A stretch of 64,000 bases of DNA from an uncultured Bacteriovoracaceae bacterium. Its GTDB lineage: Bacteria > Bdellovibrionota > UBA1018. The position numbers and the translations under genes were made by a program. Positions 1-9,918 of this stretch are shown one piece after another (position 1 is the stretch's first letter; each line of letters starts with the position of its first letter). The notes beneath the pieces were generated by a model. The model saw only the letters and a program-made list of their open reading frames with translations, searched no databases and was not told where the DNA came from. The stretch covers positions 3,059-67,058 of the forward strand of contig CAYHPW010000006.1 of the NCBI GenBank assembly GCA_964358645.1, given 5' to 3'.

Positions 1-1610
1 CTACTCAGAATTCAGCTGCGGCTGATCAGTTAAGGCTAGCTGAAGGACAGTTGGTGCCTGCAAGATTAGCTTATGATGAGAATGAAAAACTAATCGAGTA
101 CCATGAAAAATGGTTAAATACTTTGGAGAAAAGAGCTGCCGAAGGCGGCGGAGCTGCTTATGACAGTAATTTCAACATGGAGTCAACAACGTTACGGCAA
201 AAATTTGACGACTTACACAAACAGAAGCGGTTATTGAAGTCTCAAGGATATGATGAAAATGATTGGAGAGTTAAAGAAGTTACAATTGCGATAAATGAAG
301 TCGCGGCGCAGCTGAAGCCCTCAAGCGAGGAAGATGTACCAATAACTATTATTAACCCACAAGCGTCGCGTATAAAGATAAAAGAGTTAAAAGAAGTTAA
401 TCGCTTGCTCAGCACCAAGATAGCAGCTTTGTCTGCATCACGCGAGAAATCATTAGTTGGTTTAAGCGGTGTGCCGCAAACAGAATTAGAACTGCTTAAA
501 CTGCAGCGTGGTATGGAGCTTGAGTTGGATACATATCAGTCGCTTAAAAAGAAGCAGAGCCAGGTTGAGATCCAGCAGATTTCTATGAAGAAAAATGTGA
601 GAGCCGAGGAAGCTTCATCACTTCCATCGCCACATCCGCGAGCGAATTTATTCTTAAAGATATTGTTTTCGTGTTTGATAGGATTATTTATAGGAAGTCT
701 GTTGGCTGTTTTGCTGGAGTTTGTAGATTCTTCAGTGAGGTACCGTGCGGATCTTGAGGATTGCCACTTGCGTTTACTTGGCGAAATTCCAAACATAAAA
801 ACCGATAAAGATAAAGGTTTACCGGACCTAAGCATTTCTAGATCAGACTTTCTTGTTACAAAGAGCAATCCTGATTCTATGGAAGCGATGGCATTCAAAT
901 ATGTAAGAACACGTATAGCCACTATTAAATCTGATAGTGATAAACAAATTCAAAGCGTTACTGTTACAAGCGCAGAAAATGGTGACGGAAAGTCCTTGTT
1001 TTCAGCTAATATGGCAATTTGTTTTGCACAGATGGGGAAGAAAACCGTTTTGGTCGACGCCGACCTAAGGAAGCCATCACAACTATGGTATTTTGACTAT
1101 CAGCGCAATGAGGGCCTGAGTTCACTGTTGTCACTTAAATGTTTTCTAGATGATATAATTATTCGCAATGTAACTCGCAACCTTGATATAATTCCGGCGG
1201 GTATAACAAATCAAAACCCAACAGAATTAATTGGAGGAGATAAGTTTAATCTTCTCTTGAGACATTTAAAACAACATTATGATTACATTATATTAGACTG
1301 CCCTCCGGCAAATGCCATGGTTGATGCTGCTATAGCGGCAAGTCTAACTGATTGTGTGATTATGATCGCAAGCTATAGAAAAACAAAGAAAGAGGCTCTT
1401 TTGGCTGCGCATCGCAGAGTACAGCAGATAGCACATAAGTCAGTATACGGTGTATTAAACAACGTGGACCGTGTCGAGGACTTCCTCTCTTACTATGCTT
1501 ATCCATATGTGATGGCAAAAGTAGAAATTATGAAGGCAAGAGAGGCTGAAAGCAATCCTGCAGTGCTTAAAAAGTTCCAAGAAAATTTAGAGCGTAAAAC
1601 TGGCACTTGA
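1..1610 (+). CDS. Polysaccharide co-polymerase / tyrosine autokinase (Wzc/BY-kinase-like), 5'-truncated by window edge
   Basis: The reading frame is open from nt 3, so the ORF 51..1610 continues upstream of the window. The N-terminal part is coiled-coil, followed by a TM helix (LFLKILFSCLIGLFIGSLLAVLL). The C-terminal domain has a Walker A-like motif (SAENGDGKSLFSANMA), a VDADLRKP Walker A' motif and a DCPP Walker B, as in BY-kinases. Confidence 0.8.
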   Translation, partial: TQNSAAADQLRLAEGQLVPARLAYDENEKLIEYHEKWLNTLEKRAAEGGGAAYDSNFNMESTTLRQKFDDLHKQKRLLKSQGYDENDWRVKEVTIAINEVAAQLKPSSEEDVPITIINPQASRIKIKELKEVNRLLSTKIAALSASREKSLVGLSGVPQTELELLKLQRGMELELDTYQSLKKKQSQVEIQQISMKKNVRAEEASSLPSPHPRANLFLKILFSCLIGLFIGSLLAVLLEFVDSSVRYRADLEDCHLRLLGEIPNIKTDKDKGLPDLSISRSDFLVTKSNPDSMEAMAFKYVRTRIATIKSDSDKQIQSVTVTSAENGDGKSLFSANMAICFAQMGKKTVLVDADLRKPSQLWYFDYQRNEGLSSLLSLKCFLDDIIIRNVTRNLDIIPAGITNQNPTELIGGDKFNLLLRHLKQHYDYIILDCPPANAMVDAAIAASLTDCVIMIASYRKTKKEALLAAHRRVQQIAHKSVYGVLNNVDRVEDFLSYYAYPYVMAKVEIMKAREAESNPAVLKKFQENLERKTGT

Positions 1611-1620
1611 ATAATTTGCA

Positions 1621-2181
1621 TTGATCTCTGATCTGAAGTTGTGGTTTCATTATAGTATGCATTTACAAAAAATCATTGGTGCCGTTCTAATAGTGTCGTT
1701 TGTATATCCCTATCATGTTTTTGCTGACTATCCGAAAAGCGGGTTAAAAACGCAGGATGAAATAGGTGGTAACGAGTATGTTTCTGGTAATTATCCAGGA
1801 GCTGTATTAATGCGTGTTAACTTATGGGGCGGTGTGGGTAAACCGGGGATACATTTTGTACCTACGAATACAGATGTTGTGTCATTGTTTTCATATGCAG
1901 GTGGACCGGCTGGTGATGCTGTGCTCGACGACATTACTCTAAGGAGAATGGCCGGGAGCAAGGAGACAGAGCAAATACCAATTAATCTTGGGAAGCTAAT
2001 GTATGAAGGTAAAGGCAATAATATCATACTTCAGCCTAATGACATAATAGTTGTGCCTACTAGGAAGCCACTTATTAATACTGATGTGGTTACTATTATA
2101 GGGTTTACACTCTCTGTATTTAGCTTGGTTCTTACAGGATACGCAGTAAGCCAAATCGCTGCTAGTGATAAGAATAAGTAG
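1621..2181 (+). CDS. Short polysaccharide export protein with SLBB (beta-grasp) domain, Wza/KpsD-related
   Basis: N-terminal signal/TM, an SLBB-like segment (DAVLDDITLRR...INLGKL...NNIILQPNDIIVVP), and a C-terminal TM helix. It lies directly downstream of the Wzc-like gene. Confidence 0.6.
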   Translation: MISDLKLWFHYSMHLQKIIGAVLIVSFVYPYHVFADYPKSGLKTQDEIGGNEYVSGNYPGAVLMRVNLWGGVGKPGIHFVPTNTDVVSLFSYAGGPAGDAVLDDITLRRMAGSKETEQIPINLGKLMYEGKGNNIILQPNDIIVVPTRKPLINTDVVTIIGFTLSVFSLVLTGYAVSQIAASDKNK

Positions 2182-2232
2182 AAAATATTATCACTAAGTC
2201 AAAGAAACGAGCTAAAGTGTTTTCTATAGATA

Positions 2233-3414
2233 ATGAGACTAGGTATAATAAGCACTACTTTTCCACCAAAAAAGTGCGGCGTAGCTGATTACACTTATAA
2301 ATTAATTAATGAATTAATTAAGCATGATATAGATATTTCTATTTTTACAGAAATGGCTGAGGCAGCGCCATTTAGTGGTGAGTTGCATGTCATGCAAGGA
2401 TTGTTCAATCATGCTTTTATAAATGAGTTGGCTGAATTAATAAGGCGCGATGTTTGTGATGCGGTTATTGTGCAATATACACCTACTCTGATAGCGCCTA
2501 AAACATGCGGTGTGTATTTGCGGCTGCCATTCTGGTTGGCAAGATTGCGTAAATTAACACGCGTGCCTGTTTGTGTGATGGTTCATGAGCTTCATTATCC
2601 AGTTGAGCCAAATCTACGTGGAATTTTTATCGGGATTCCTACGGTTATCCAATTTGCAGGCATGGCATTGGTTTCTGATCACCTTTTTTTCAGTCATAGG
2701 GTGCCAATGGAGCAGTGGAATAGAAGACTGCCATATAAGCGAAGCAAATTTTCTTGGTTGCCAGTGGGGGCCAACATAGAGCCGGTGCCGGATCAAAAAA
2801 TGAGCTCGCCGGATGTCAAAAAAATGGCACAAATTAAGTCATCGCGTAAGATTATTATTCATTTCGGTGGCAGCCATCTTTCACATGGATTCTTACACAT
2901 GTTCCATTCATTTGAAGAAGCTAGGAAGATTTTTGTGGGAGATGATCCTGTTTTATTATTTGTTGGCATGACTCAGCATGAAGTGGATCAGAAACTGGGT
3001 GAAACTGGAATGTCACATATTAAAGAAAACGTTATAGGTATTGGGTATCTAGGTCCCGAAGAAGCGTCTTGTTGGCTGGCCGCAGCTGATTTAGTTTTGG
3101 CGCCTTTTCTGGATGGAGTGTCCACTCGTCGTGGTAGTATGATGGCTGCATTTACGCATGGGAAGGCCATGGTTACCACGTCCGGGCGGAATACTGATCC
3201 ATTGCTGCCATGGAATAGTTTTTGTTCTATTGTATCAGTTGATGATGTCGACGGTTTTAAGAAAGAAGTGATAAGGCTTCTTGGGAACCAGAGGTCAGCT
3301 GAAGAGTTGGGTGTTTGCGCTAAAAAATATTACGATTGTCACTTCTCATGGCCTGTTATCGCTAGAAACTTAATAGGAGTTTTGTCTACGCTAAGAGAAA
3401 AAAGATATGGCTAG
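2233..3414 (+). CDS. GT-B fold glycosyltransferase (GT4-like)
   Basis: 393-aa ORF sitting in the polysaccharide locus. The C-terminal half carries a GT1/GT4-like nucleotide-sugar binding region (FVGMTQ...EE). Its stop overlaps the next GT by 8 nt. Confidence 0.55.
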   Translation: MRLGIISTTFPPKKCGVADYTYKLINELIKHDIDISIFTEMAEAAPFSGELHVMQGLFNHAFINELAELIRRDVCDAVIVQYTPTLIAPKTCGVYLRLPFWLARLRKLTRVPVCVMVHELHYPVEPNLRGIFIGIPTVIQFAGMALVSDHLFFSHRVPMEQWNRRLPYKRSKFSWLPVGANIEPVPDQKMSSPDVKKMAQIKSSRKIIIHFGGSHLSHGFLHMFHSFEEARKIFVGDDPVLLFVGMTQHEVDQKLGETGMSHIKENVIGIGYLGPEEASCWLAAADLVLAPFLDGVSTRRGSMMAAFTHGKAMVTTSGRNTDPLLPWNSFCSIVSVDDVDGFKKEVIRLLGNQRSAEELGVCAKKYYDCHFSWPVIARNLIGVLSTLREKRYG

Positions 3415-4600
3415 TAAGGTATGTTTTTATCTTACAGCAACGCAACTCGGTGGAGCAGAGAGAAGTGTTTTGGATCTTGCATCTAATCTAGAGCGATATG
3501 CTGGTGGGACATATACGCCTTGGATGGTTGTTCCGCGAAGTGAAGGTCCATTGTTAGATGAATTCCGCAAGAAAAATATGCCTTTTACAGTGCTTGAAAT
3601 GCCTGCCCGCATGCTGCGCATGAGTAGGAAAAAGGCCCTTAGAGGACTTGTAGATGGGTTGTTGGCTATCCCGGCAATCGTGATTTATATATACAGGTTT
3701 ATCAGACTCGTTAAAGGTGAAGCCCCGTTTGTAATACATTCAAATGGCATTAAATGCCACATCATATCTTCTGTTACGTCATTGTTTCACGGATCACAAG
3801 TTATAATACATATGAGAGATATACTTGGGAAAGGGTTAAGTCTTCTGGCTATTAAATTAGCAAGCTACTTCGATGTGGTCTGTTTCGTCGCAAATTCTAA
3901 ATGTACAGCCCAATCGCTTAGCATGATGAAAAAACAAGTTACGATAATCCATAACGGACTTGATCCTGATGTTTTTAAACGATCGCGCAATACTTATCTA
4001 CATGAAAAAGTTGGGATTGATGAAAGTGCTCCTATAGTCGGTATTTTGGGGGCATTGGCTAGATGGAAAGGGCAGCTAGAATTTATCGAAATGGCACGTA
4101 GGCTTTCTCTAAAAAATGATCATGCTCATTTCGTAATCGCTGGGGCTGAAATTTACGACACAAGGGCTGAAAAAGGGTTTTTGCTAGAACTTATGGATAT
4201 GGTCACCGGACATCGTCTTGATAGCAGGATTCATATGGTCGGTTTTGAAGCCGACCAGGTCAGAGTTTTGAATTCGCTTGATATTCTGGTGCATGCGTCA
4301 ATTAAGCCAGAGCCATTCGGCAGAGTAGTGCTGGAAGCAATGGCCGTAGGTGTTCCGGTGGTGGCGGCAGCAGCTGGGGGAATCCTGGAGTTAATTGACG
4401 ATGGTATAAATGGGTTTCTATATACACCTGGAGACGTGGGGCAAATGGCGGAAAAGGTAAGAATTTTACTAGCTGATGATGAGCTATGCAGAAAAACGGC
4501 TGATAGCGCACGAAAAAAATTCGAGGAAAAATTTTTGCTTAAAAAGCATGTTGAAGCAGTGATCAGCGTTTATAACCAGCTTGCACCTGGTCGGGTATGA
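3407..4600 (+). CDS. Glycosyltransferase family 4 (GT1 C-terminal domain)
   Basis: Canonical GT4 motif EPFGRVVLEAMAVGVPVVAAAAGGILELIDDGINGFL (E-x7-E). Translationally coupled, with an ATGA overlap onto the next ORF. Confidence 0.85.
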   Translation: MASKVCFYLTATQLGGAERSVLDLASNLERYAGGTYTPWMVVPRSEGPLLDEFRKKNMPFTVLEMPARMLRMSRKKALRGLVDGLLAIPAIVIYIYRFIRLVKGEAPFVIHSNGIKCHIISSVTSLFHGSQVIIHMRDILGKGLSLLAIKLASYFDVVCFVANSKCTAQSLSMMKKQVTIIHNGLDPDVFKRSRNTYLHEKVGIDESAPIVGILGALARWKGQLEFIEMARRLSLKNDHAHFVIAGAEIYDTRAEKGFLLELMDMVTGHRLDSRIHMVGFEADQVRVLNSLDILVHASIKPEPFGRVVLEAMAVGVPVVAAAAGGILELIDDGINGFLYTPGDVGQMAEKVRILLADDELCRKTADSARKKFEEKFLLKKHVEAVISVYNQLAPGRV

Positions 4601-5343
4601 GTATGAGGCATCTGCTTTGGGTCAATGGCTGGCCGGATCTCGGAGGAGCAGAAAGAGCGCAGCTTACATTTTTCCGCGCCATCCGCCAGAAACATAAAAT
4701 AACAGCGGTGTTTTCTCGGGGTGTATCTGCGCGGCTCACCGATGCGGCACGAGAGCTTGATATCGAGTATTGGACTGCGCCGCTAACACAACTTCGTCAG
4801 ACCATGCGGCCTGATCTTCTTGTTAAATTTGGTTTAAATGCATCGATAGCTAATTTTAAATTTTTTGGTTTTCTAAGGCACACGAAGATTGATTTAATAC
4901 ATTTTGCTCATTTATATGATCTTCCGTTTTGTGCTCTAGCTGCATTTTTTAAACGGACACCATTGGTTTGGATGGTGGAAAATCCTGAGAGATTTAATAA
5001 AATAAATGTACCAATAATAAATACTAGTTTTCTAGATGGGATTGCCGGCACGTCAACGGCAATCCTGGAGGACGCTTTTAAGCATGGAGTGAAGGCGCGG
5101 CACAGAAAATTAATACCAAATCCTTACGATGAGCAACTTTACTGGTGCACCGAAAGATCTTCAATTGATACAAACCATATAAAGATAGGTTTTGCGGGTG
5201 TCTTGACAGATCGTAAGGGAGTCGCTGAACTTTGCCAGGCATTTGTTGTATTAAGAAAACTTTTAAATGGCCGTAAGCGTGTGTTGCTTGTTGTGCCGGA
5301 GACGGATCTGAAGAGTATAAAGCGGAACTTAAAAGAATATTGA
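4597..5343 (+). CDS. Glycosyltransferase family 4, N-terminal part (gene appears split by frameshift near 5340)
   Basis: 248-aa N-terminal GT-B Rossmann half. It ends at a TGA at 5341-5343. The C-terminal GT domain continues in the -1 frame from a TTG at 5340. Confidence 0.5.
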   Translation: MSMRHLLWVNGWPDLGGAERAQLTFFRAIRQKHKITAVFSRGVSARLTDAARELDIEYWTAPLTQLRQTMRPDLLVKFGLNASIANFKFFGFLRHTKIDLIHFAHLYDLPFCALAAFFKRTPLVWMVENPERFNKINVPIINTSFLDGIAGTSTAILEDAFKHGVKARHRKLIPNPYDEQLYWCTERSSIDTNHIKIGFAGVLTDRKGVAELCQAFVVLRKLLNGRKRVLLVVPETDLKSIKRNLKEY

Positions 5344-5747
5344 AAGAGGATAACGCGCTTTCTGACGTATTGTTTAATGGGTTTATAGACTCAACGCAAG
5401 CTATGCGTGAATTTTATCACGGTATAGATTTGTTCGTGATGCTTTCAAAAAAAGAGGGCATGTCAGTCGCTATGCTTGAGGCAATGGCTTGTGGATGTGC
5501 CGCAGCAATTCTTGCTCCTTGGTGTGATGATGTTATTGAAGATGGAGTTGATGGTATCAGGCTCACAAGCATTGATCCAAAGTCCGTTGCTGATAGGCTT
5601 CTTCCGTATATTATAAATGATGACAAGAGAATCGGTCTTGGTCAAAAAGCAGCAATAAAAATGAGAAACAGTTTCAGCTCGGTGGCCATTGCCAAGCAGA
5701 TCCTTGAATTCTATTCTAAGATTACTGGGAAAGATTGGGTGATTTAG
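5340..5747 (+). CDS. Glycosyltransferase family 4, C-terminal part (EX7E-type domain) of split gene
   Basis: FVMLSKKEGMSVAMLEAMACGCAAAI...DGVDG is the GT4 C-terminal catalytic motif. The start is TTG and overlaps the stop of the preceding ORF. It is plausibly a pseudogene or sequencing frameshift. Confidence 0.45.
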   Translation: MKEDNALSDVLFNGFIDSTQAMREFYHGIDLFVMLSKKEGMSVAMLEAMACGCAAAILAPWCDDVIEDGVDGIRLTSIDPKSVADRLLPYIINDDKRIGLGQKAAIKMRNSFSSVAIAKQILEFYSKITGKDWVI

Positions 5748-6748
5748 TTCGTCACCCACTTGGTATATTCAATCTCTGGTTCGTTGGCAAAAAGCATGAC
5801 CATTCTATCCAGGCCGATGGCTATACCGCTGCAAGGGGGTAGGCCCTCTTCTAGGGCATGCAAAAACTCTTCATCAATTGGTGTTTCAGGGAAATACGCC
5901 CCATATAGTTCTTTTCGCCGCTGCATGTCCCGCTTAAATCTCATTCGTTGTTCGATGGGATCGGTGAGTTCCTCAAAAGCGTTTCCGAGTTCCATCCCGC
6001 CAATGAATACTTCGAAACGTTTTGCCCATATGCTTCCATCGGGATCTGTGTCTAGTGCGGATAGTGCTGCTTGTGAAGGTGGGTAGCGGTAGATAAAAAC
6101 AGCTTTATCTTGTGGGAGTTTTGGTTCGATAATATTAAGCCAGATCTTAAAAAATATATCATCCCAATCTTCGTCATGATTTGTCCTAAGATTGTGCTGT
6201 TTGCATTCATTTGCTAGTTTATCCCTGTTATCGCATTTGACTAAATCTATACCGGCATGCTCCATAAAAAGCTGGCGCACACTCAGTCGCGGCCATGGAG
6301 CTGATAGCGAAATGCTATTAGATCCATATTTGATAATAGATTTGCCATAAGTGTCCTTTGCTATCAGCCTGAATAATTCTTCAACATCATCCATCAGTTT
6401 TTCGTAACCGGCATATGCCCTATACCACTCCAGCATGGTGAATTCAGGAAGGTGAGTTTTTGAGCGCACTTCATCTCGGAACGAAGGGCATATTTGGAAA
6501 ATTTTTTCTAATCCACCCACAAGCAAACGCTTCATGGCAAACTCAGGCGATGTTGGCAGATAAAACTCTCTTGGGCCGCCATGAACTTTGAATGGCTTTA
6601 TATGGGGTTCCATGCCTGGACAAGGAACGAGCAGCGGGGTGTGAACTTCTTGGAACTTTTGCATAGAGAAAAAATTGCGTATTGTATTTTCTATTTCAGA
6701 CCGCACCCCTGTTGCATGCATTCTCCGCTTATTGAGAATATGCTCCAT
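5744..6748 (-). CDS. epmA: Elongation factor P lysyl ligase EpmA/GenX-like (class II LysRS catalytic-domain paralog)
   Basis: Class II aaRS motifs are present: YLPTSPEFAMKRLLVGGLEKIFQICPSFRDE (motif 2) and GIAIGLDRMVMLF (motif 3). The anticodon-binding domain is absent. The closest pattern match is EpmA, not full LysRS. The maximal ORF extends to 6970, but the extra roughly 75 N-terminal residues are R/K-rich and non-homologous, so I chose the start at Met75. Confidence 0.6.
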   Translation of the reverse strand: MEHILNKRRMHATGVRSEIENTIRNFFSMQKFQEVHTPLLVPCPGMEPHIKPFKVHGGPREFYLPTSPEFAMKRLLVGGLEKIFQICPSFRDEVRSKTHLPEFTMLEWYRAYAGYEKLMDDVEELFRLIAKDTYGKSIIKYGSNSISLSAPWPRLSVRQLFMEHAGIDLVKCDNRDKLANECKQHNLRTNHDEDWDDIFFKIWLNIIEPKLPQDKAVFIYRYPPSQAALSALDTDPDGSIWAKRFEVFIGGMELGNAFEELTDPIEQRMRFKRDMQRRKELYGAYFPETPIDEEFLHALEEGLPPCSGIAIGLDRMVMLFANEPEIEYTKWVTN

Positions 6749-7010
6749 CCATTTAATAGATTTTCTATGGCTTCTGTTCGGTGTTAAAATGCGGCAGGTA
6801 CCGTTTTGTATTTCTATTATACTGCCTAGAAGAGCAGCTTTGTTTTTGGGTGTCCTGCTTACACTTACCGTGGATGTGCCTTTTTCATTTCTTACCTGGA
6901 TTGACAAGCCGCTAATCGCAATACATCGGCCTCTTATAGTTTTTGTGGTCATTCTTATCACCTTGCGCACATGATAGTTCGGTGCAATATGTTTTGTTTA
7001 AGGTACTATA

Positions 7011-8477
7011 ATGGTGAAGTTTGTTAGTCATCTGGATTTACGTGCCAAGATCAGTTTGATTTTAGTCGGCGTTATTTTACCAACATTCTTGATTGTCACA
7101 ATCGCACAAAACAAGCTGACGCGGCCGCTTTTAGAAGAAGAGATAAGGCAAATAGGGCTTACCACGGCTAAGACACTCGCAGCAGAGATAGCTAATTCGA
7201 GGTTATTCTCCACGCCGGAGCCAGTTCAAGCTATTGAAAATCAAATACAAGAGTTGCTTTTTTCACATCCTAATATTGTTCGAATAGATGTCTTTCAGAA
7301 AGATCACACGACCGGGCTTGGTAAGCTGATTGCTTCTAACATGGAAGAAGAGGAACCGGGGTCGCAGCTCCCAACCGCGCTTCTTATCGATTCGACTAGA
7401 AGTGAATTTGAGACCGATGAGGAAGGAAGTGGATATTGGAAGGTGATTGCACCCATTGAGCATCGTGTTCGTGAGAGCGGCCGAGAGTTAAGGGGCCAGC
7501 GCAAGATCCTTGGCAATGTGCACGTCACTGTTACAACTAAACTGATTGGTCGGTTGATGTCTGCATTTTGGAAAATAACCGCAGTGGCTGCGGCATTTAG
7601 TGTGGTAACTCTTATCCTATTATTGAGTTATTTTTTACGAAAAACTATTGAAAATGAGAGGCTTTTGCAAAGAGCAAAAAATCAGAATATCCAGCTCACG
7701 GAGCAGCTTCATGAAGCCCAGAGACAGATCATGAACACAGAAAAACTGGCCGTGATGGGTCAGCTGACAGCTAGTTTTGCACATGAAATAGGCACTCCAC
7801 TGAACGCGATCAGCGGGCATCTTCAATTGCTGCAGGAAGAGCTTGGTCAAGTTGCCAGATCGAATGGGCAGGCGACACTGATTGCAGGCAGTTTTGAAAG
7901 GCTTCAGATCATTGGCGGGCAGCTTTTAAAAATAGAAACGGTGGTCAAAAATTTCCTTCAGAGCACGGTTAAGCCGGCTTCGCAAAGTCAGCTTGTCGAT
8001 ATAAATAGGATCATAGATAAATCTATCAGTATTTTGCAGCCGAGAATCGATGCTACAGGAATAGAGGTCAGGCGTGTTTTTGATAGAAAGATAGGACCAT
8101 TGAGAGCGGTGCCGCTCGATATGGAACAGATGATACTAAATCTGCTAAGTAACTCACTGGATAGTCTTAAGGAAAAAAATAAGTTTAAGGAGAAAGACCA
8201 ACTATTATTGGAGGTTTCAAGCAAGATAGAGGGATCTGCCGACGGCCAGTGGGCGCGCATCTGTATTTATGATACTGGTGTGGGTATAAGCAGGGCGGAT
8301 TTAGGCAATGTTCTAAAGCCTTTTTTTACTACAAAGCCTCCTGGGGAGGGTACGGGTTTCGGGCTTACTATATGTAGGCAGCTTGCCCATAAATATGGCG
8401 GTTTTTTGGAGATAGATTCCAGACAAGATGTTTGGACGCGAGTGGTAATTAAAATCCCGTATAGTGTTGTCATATAG
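7011..8477 (+). CDS. Sensor histidine kinase (NtrB/AtoS-like), membrane-anchored
   Basis: N-terminal TM, a second TM around residue 190, a coiled-coil, a HisKA H-box (SFAHEIGTPLNAISG) and HATPase_c G-boxes (DTGVGI...GTGFGLTI). Confidence 0.88.
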   Translation: MVKFVSHLDLRAKISLILVGVILPTFLIVTIAQNKLTRPLLEEEIRQIGLTTAKTLAAEIANSRLFSTPEPVQAIENQIQELLFSHPNIVRIDVFQKDHTTGLGKLIASNMEEEEPGSQLPTALLIDSTRSEFETDEEGSGYWKVIAPIEHRVRESGRELRGQRKILGNVHVTVTTKLIGRLMSAFWKITAVAAAFSVVTLILLLSYFLRKTIENERLLQRAKNQNIQLTEQLHEAQRQIMNTEKLAVMGQLTASFAHEIGTPLNAISGHLQLLQEELGQVARSNGQATLIAGSFERLQIIGGQLLKIETVVKNFLQSTVKPASQSQLVDINRIIDKSISILQPRIDATGIEVRRVFDRKIGPLRAVPLDMEQMILNLLSNSLDSLKEKNKFKEKDQLLLEVSSKIEGSADGQWARICIYDTGVGISRADLGNVLKPFFTTKPPGEGTGFGLTICRQLAHKYGGFLEIDSRQDVWTRVVIKIPYSVVI

Positions 8478-8495
8478 AATTGGAATATTAAAAAC

Positions 8496-9905
8496 ATGAT
8501 TGCTGCAGATGTGGCTATGAAACTCAAGGTACTGATTATTGATGATGATGAAGTCACCAGAAAGTTACTGAAAGAAATTTTAGATAAAGAAGGATATGTT
8601 ATTTGTTTAGCTTCTAGCGGTGAAGAAGCTATTCGGCTTATTAAGCGTGAAGTATTTCCAATAATCTTGTCAGATATAAGAATGCTTGAACTTGATGGCA
8701 TGGCAGTGCTTCGAGCAGTTAAGAAATCCGGGGCGCGTTCAGCCGTTATTCTTATGACGGGCTTTGGTAGCATGGAAGGAGCTGTTGAGGCAATACGTGA
8801 CGGAGCATTTGATTATGTGAGTAAGCCATTTAAAATCGATGCGCTTAAAGCCGTTGTTACCAGGGCTGCTAAGCACTGGGAGTTGGTGCATAACCAGCGA
8901 AGCAATGTGGCGTCGGGTAGGATTGAGGTAAAATTTAGCGGTCTTACCGGAAAGTCACAGAGGATTGTTGATGTATACAAAACCCTGGCTCGTGCCGCCA
9001 TGTCTGCCAGCAACGTTCTTGTAACTGGCGAGCGGGGTACTGGTAAGGATCTGGTAGCGCGAGCGATACATGGAAACAGTTCAAGGCGCAGCAAGCACTT
9101 CGTGACGGTTAACTGTGGTGCAATAGCGGAAAATCTTCTGGAGTCGGAACTATTCGGACAAGTAAAAGGTGCTTTTTCCGGTGTAGCAGCTGAAAAGCGT
9201 GGATTTTTCGAAGAAGCGGACGGTGGAACTATTTTTCTTGATGAAGTTGAAAATGTTCCAGCCGCACTGCAGGTGAAGCTTGTAAGGGTTTTTCAGGATG
9301 GAGAAATCAAGCCGTTGGGTTCATCTCAATCTAAAAAAATTGATGTCCGGATTATAGCGGCTGCACATCAAGATTTGGATTTGTTTGTTAAGGCAGGAAA
9401 ATTTAGAGAGGATTTATACTACAAGTTAAAAGTCATCATGATTGATCTCCCGCCCTTGCGTGAAAGGATTGATGATTTGCCAGACCTTGTTGGTCACTTT
9501 CTAGCCATCTATGGTGAAAAGAACAAGAAGATGGTTTCGCATGTCTCTGAAGAGGCGATGAAAATTCTCAGCAAATATCATTGGCCTGGTAATATCAGGG
9601 AATTAGAACATGCCATAGAACATGCCGTGGCCATGACAAGTACGACGGTGCTTTTCCCTGAGGATTTCCCGATGGAAATAACACGTGCACAAGATAACGA
9701 TTGGCGCAGTGATAATCATATGGCTAGATTGTCAAGGCCGGAGCCTGTCTCAGACACATTAGATAATATGGAACGTGCTCATATAATAAAAGTGCTACAA
9801 GATGTGAATTTCAACAAATCAAAGGCCTCTGAAATTCTAGGGATTGATAGAGCGACACTTTATCGCAAAGCCCAGCGTTACGGCATCGATATGAGCGGGA
9901 AATGA
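8496..9905 (+). CDS. Sigma-54-dependent response regulator (NtrC family: REC + AAA+ + Fis-type HTH)
   Basis: REC domain (LIIDDD...SDIRM). AAA+ sigma-54 activator motifs GERGTGKDLVARAIH, ESELFGQVKGAFSGV and the GAFTGA-like loop. C-terminal HTH (ASEILGIDRATLYRKAQRYGI). Confidence 0.9.
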   Translation: MIAADVAMKLKVLIIDDDEVTRKLLKEILDKEGYVICLASSGEEAIRLIKREVFPIILSDIRMLELDGMAVLRAVKKSGARSAVILMTGFGSMEGAVEAIRDGAFDYVSKPFKIDALKAVVTRAAKHWELVHNQRSNVASGRIEVKFSGLTGKSQRIVDVYKTLARAAMSASNVLVTGERGTGKDLVARAIHGNSSRRSKHFVTVNCGAIAENLLESELFGQVKGAFSGVAAEKRGFFEEADGGTIFLDEVENVPAALQVKLVRVFQDGEIKPLGSSQSKKIDVRIIAAAHQDLDLFVKAGKFREDLYYKLKVIMIDLPPLRERIDDLPDLVGHFLAIYGEKNKKMVSHVSEEAMKILSKYHWPGNIRELEHAIEHAVAMTSTTVLFPEDFPMEITRAQDNDWRSDNHMARLSRPEPVSDTLDNMERAHIIKVLQDVNFNKSKASEILGIDRATLYRKAQRYGIDMSGK

Positions 9906-9918
9906 GGTTTTACCATCA

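Noticed and set aside
536-922. 128-aa minus-strand ORF, and many similar 60-230-aa ORFs antisense to strong genes (e.g. 8267..8773, 9837..10313, 12079..12708, 24745..25425, 30863..31249, 34186..34656, 40798..41295, 46223..46945, 47771..48187, 52657..52944, 60198..61002, 63755..63994)
   Set aside because: Each lies entirely within, and antisense or out of frame to, an ORF with clear protein-family motifs. Their composition is low-complexity or biased (Ser/Pro/Arg-rich). No ribosome-binding site or family resemblance.
1590-1612. TGGCAC...TTGCA-like string suggesting a sigma-54 promoter after the NtrC-type regulator made me look for -24/-12 elements (also at 9988, 11890, 31091)
   Set aside because: The GG-to-GC spacing is wrong (14 rather than 10 nt) at 1600. 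The other matches are inside coding regions with wrong spacing. No convincing sigma-54 promoter found.
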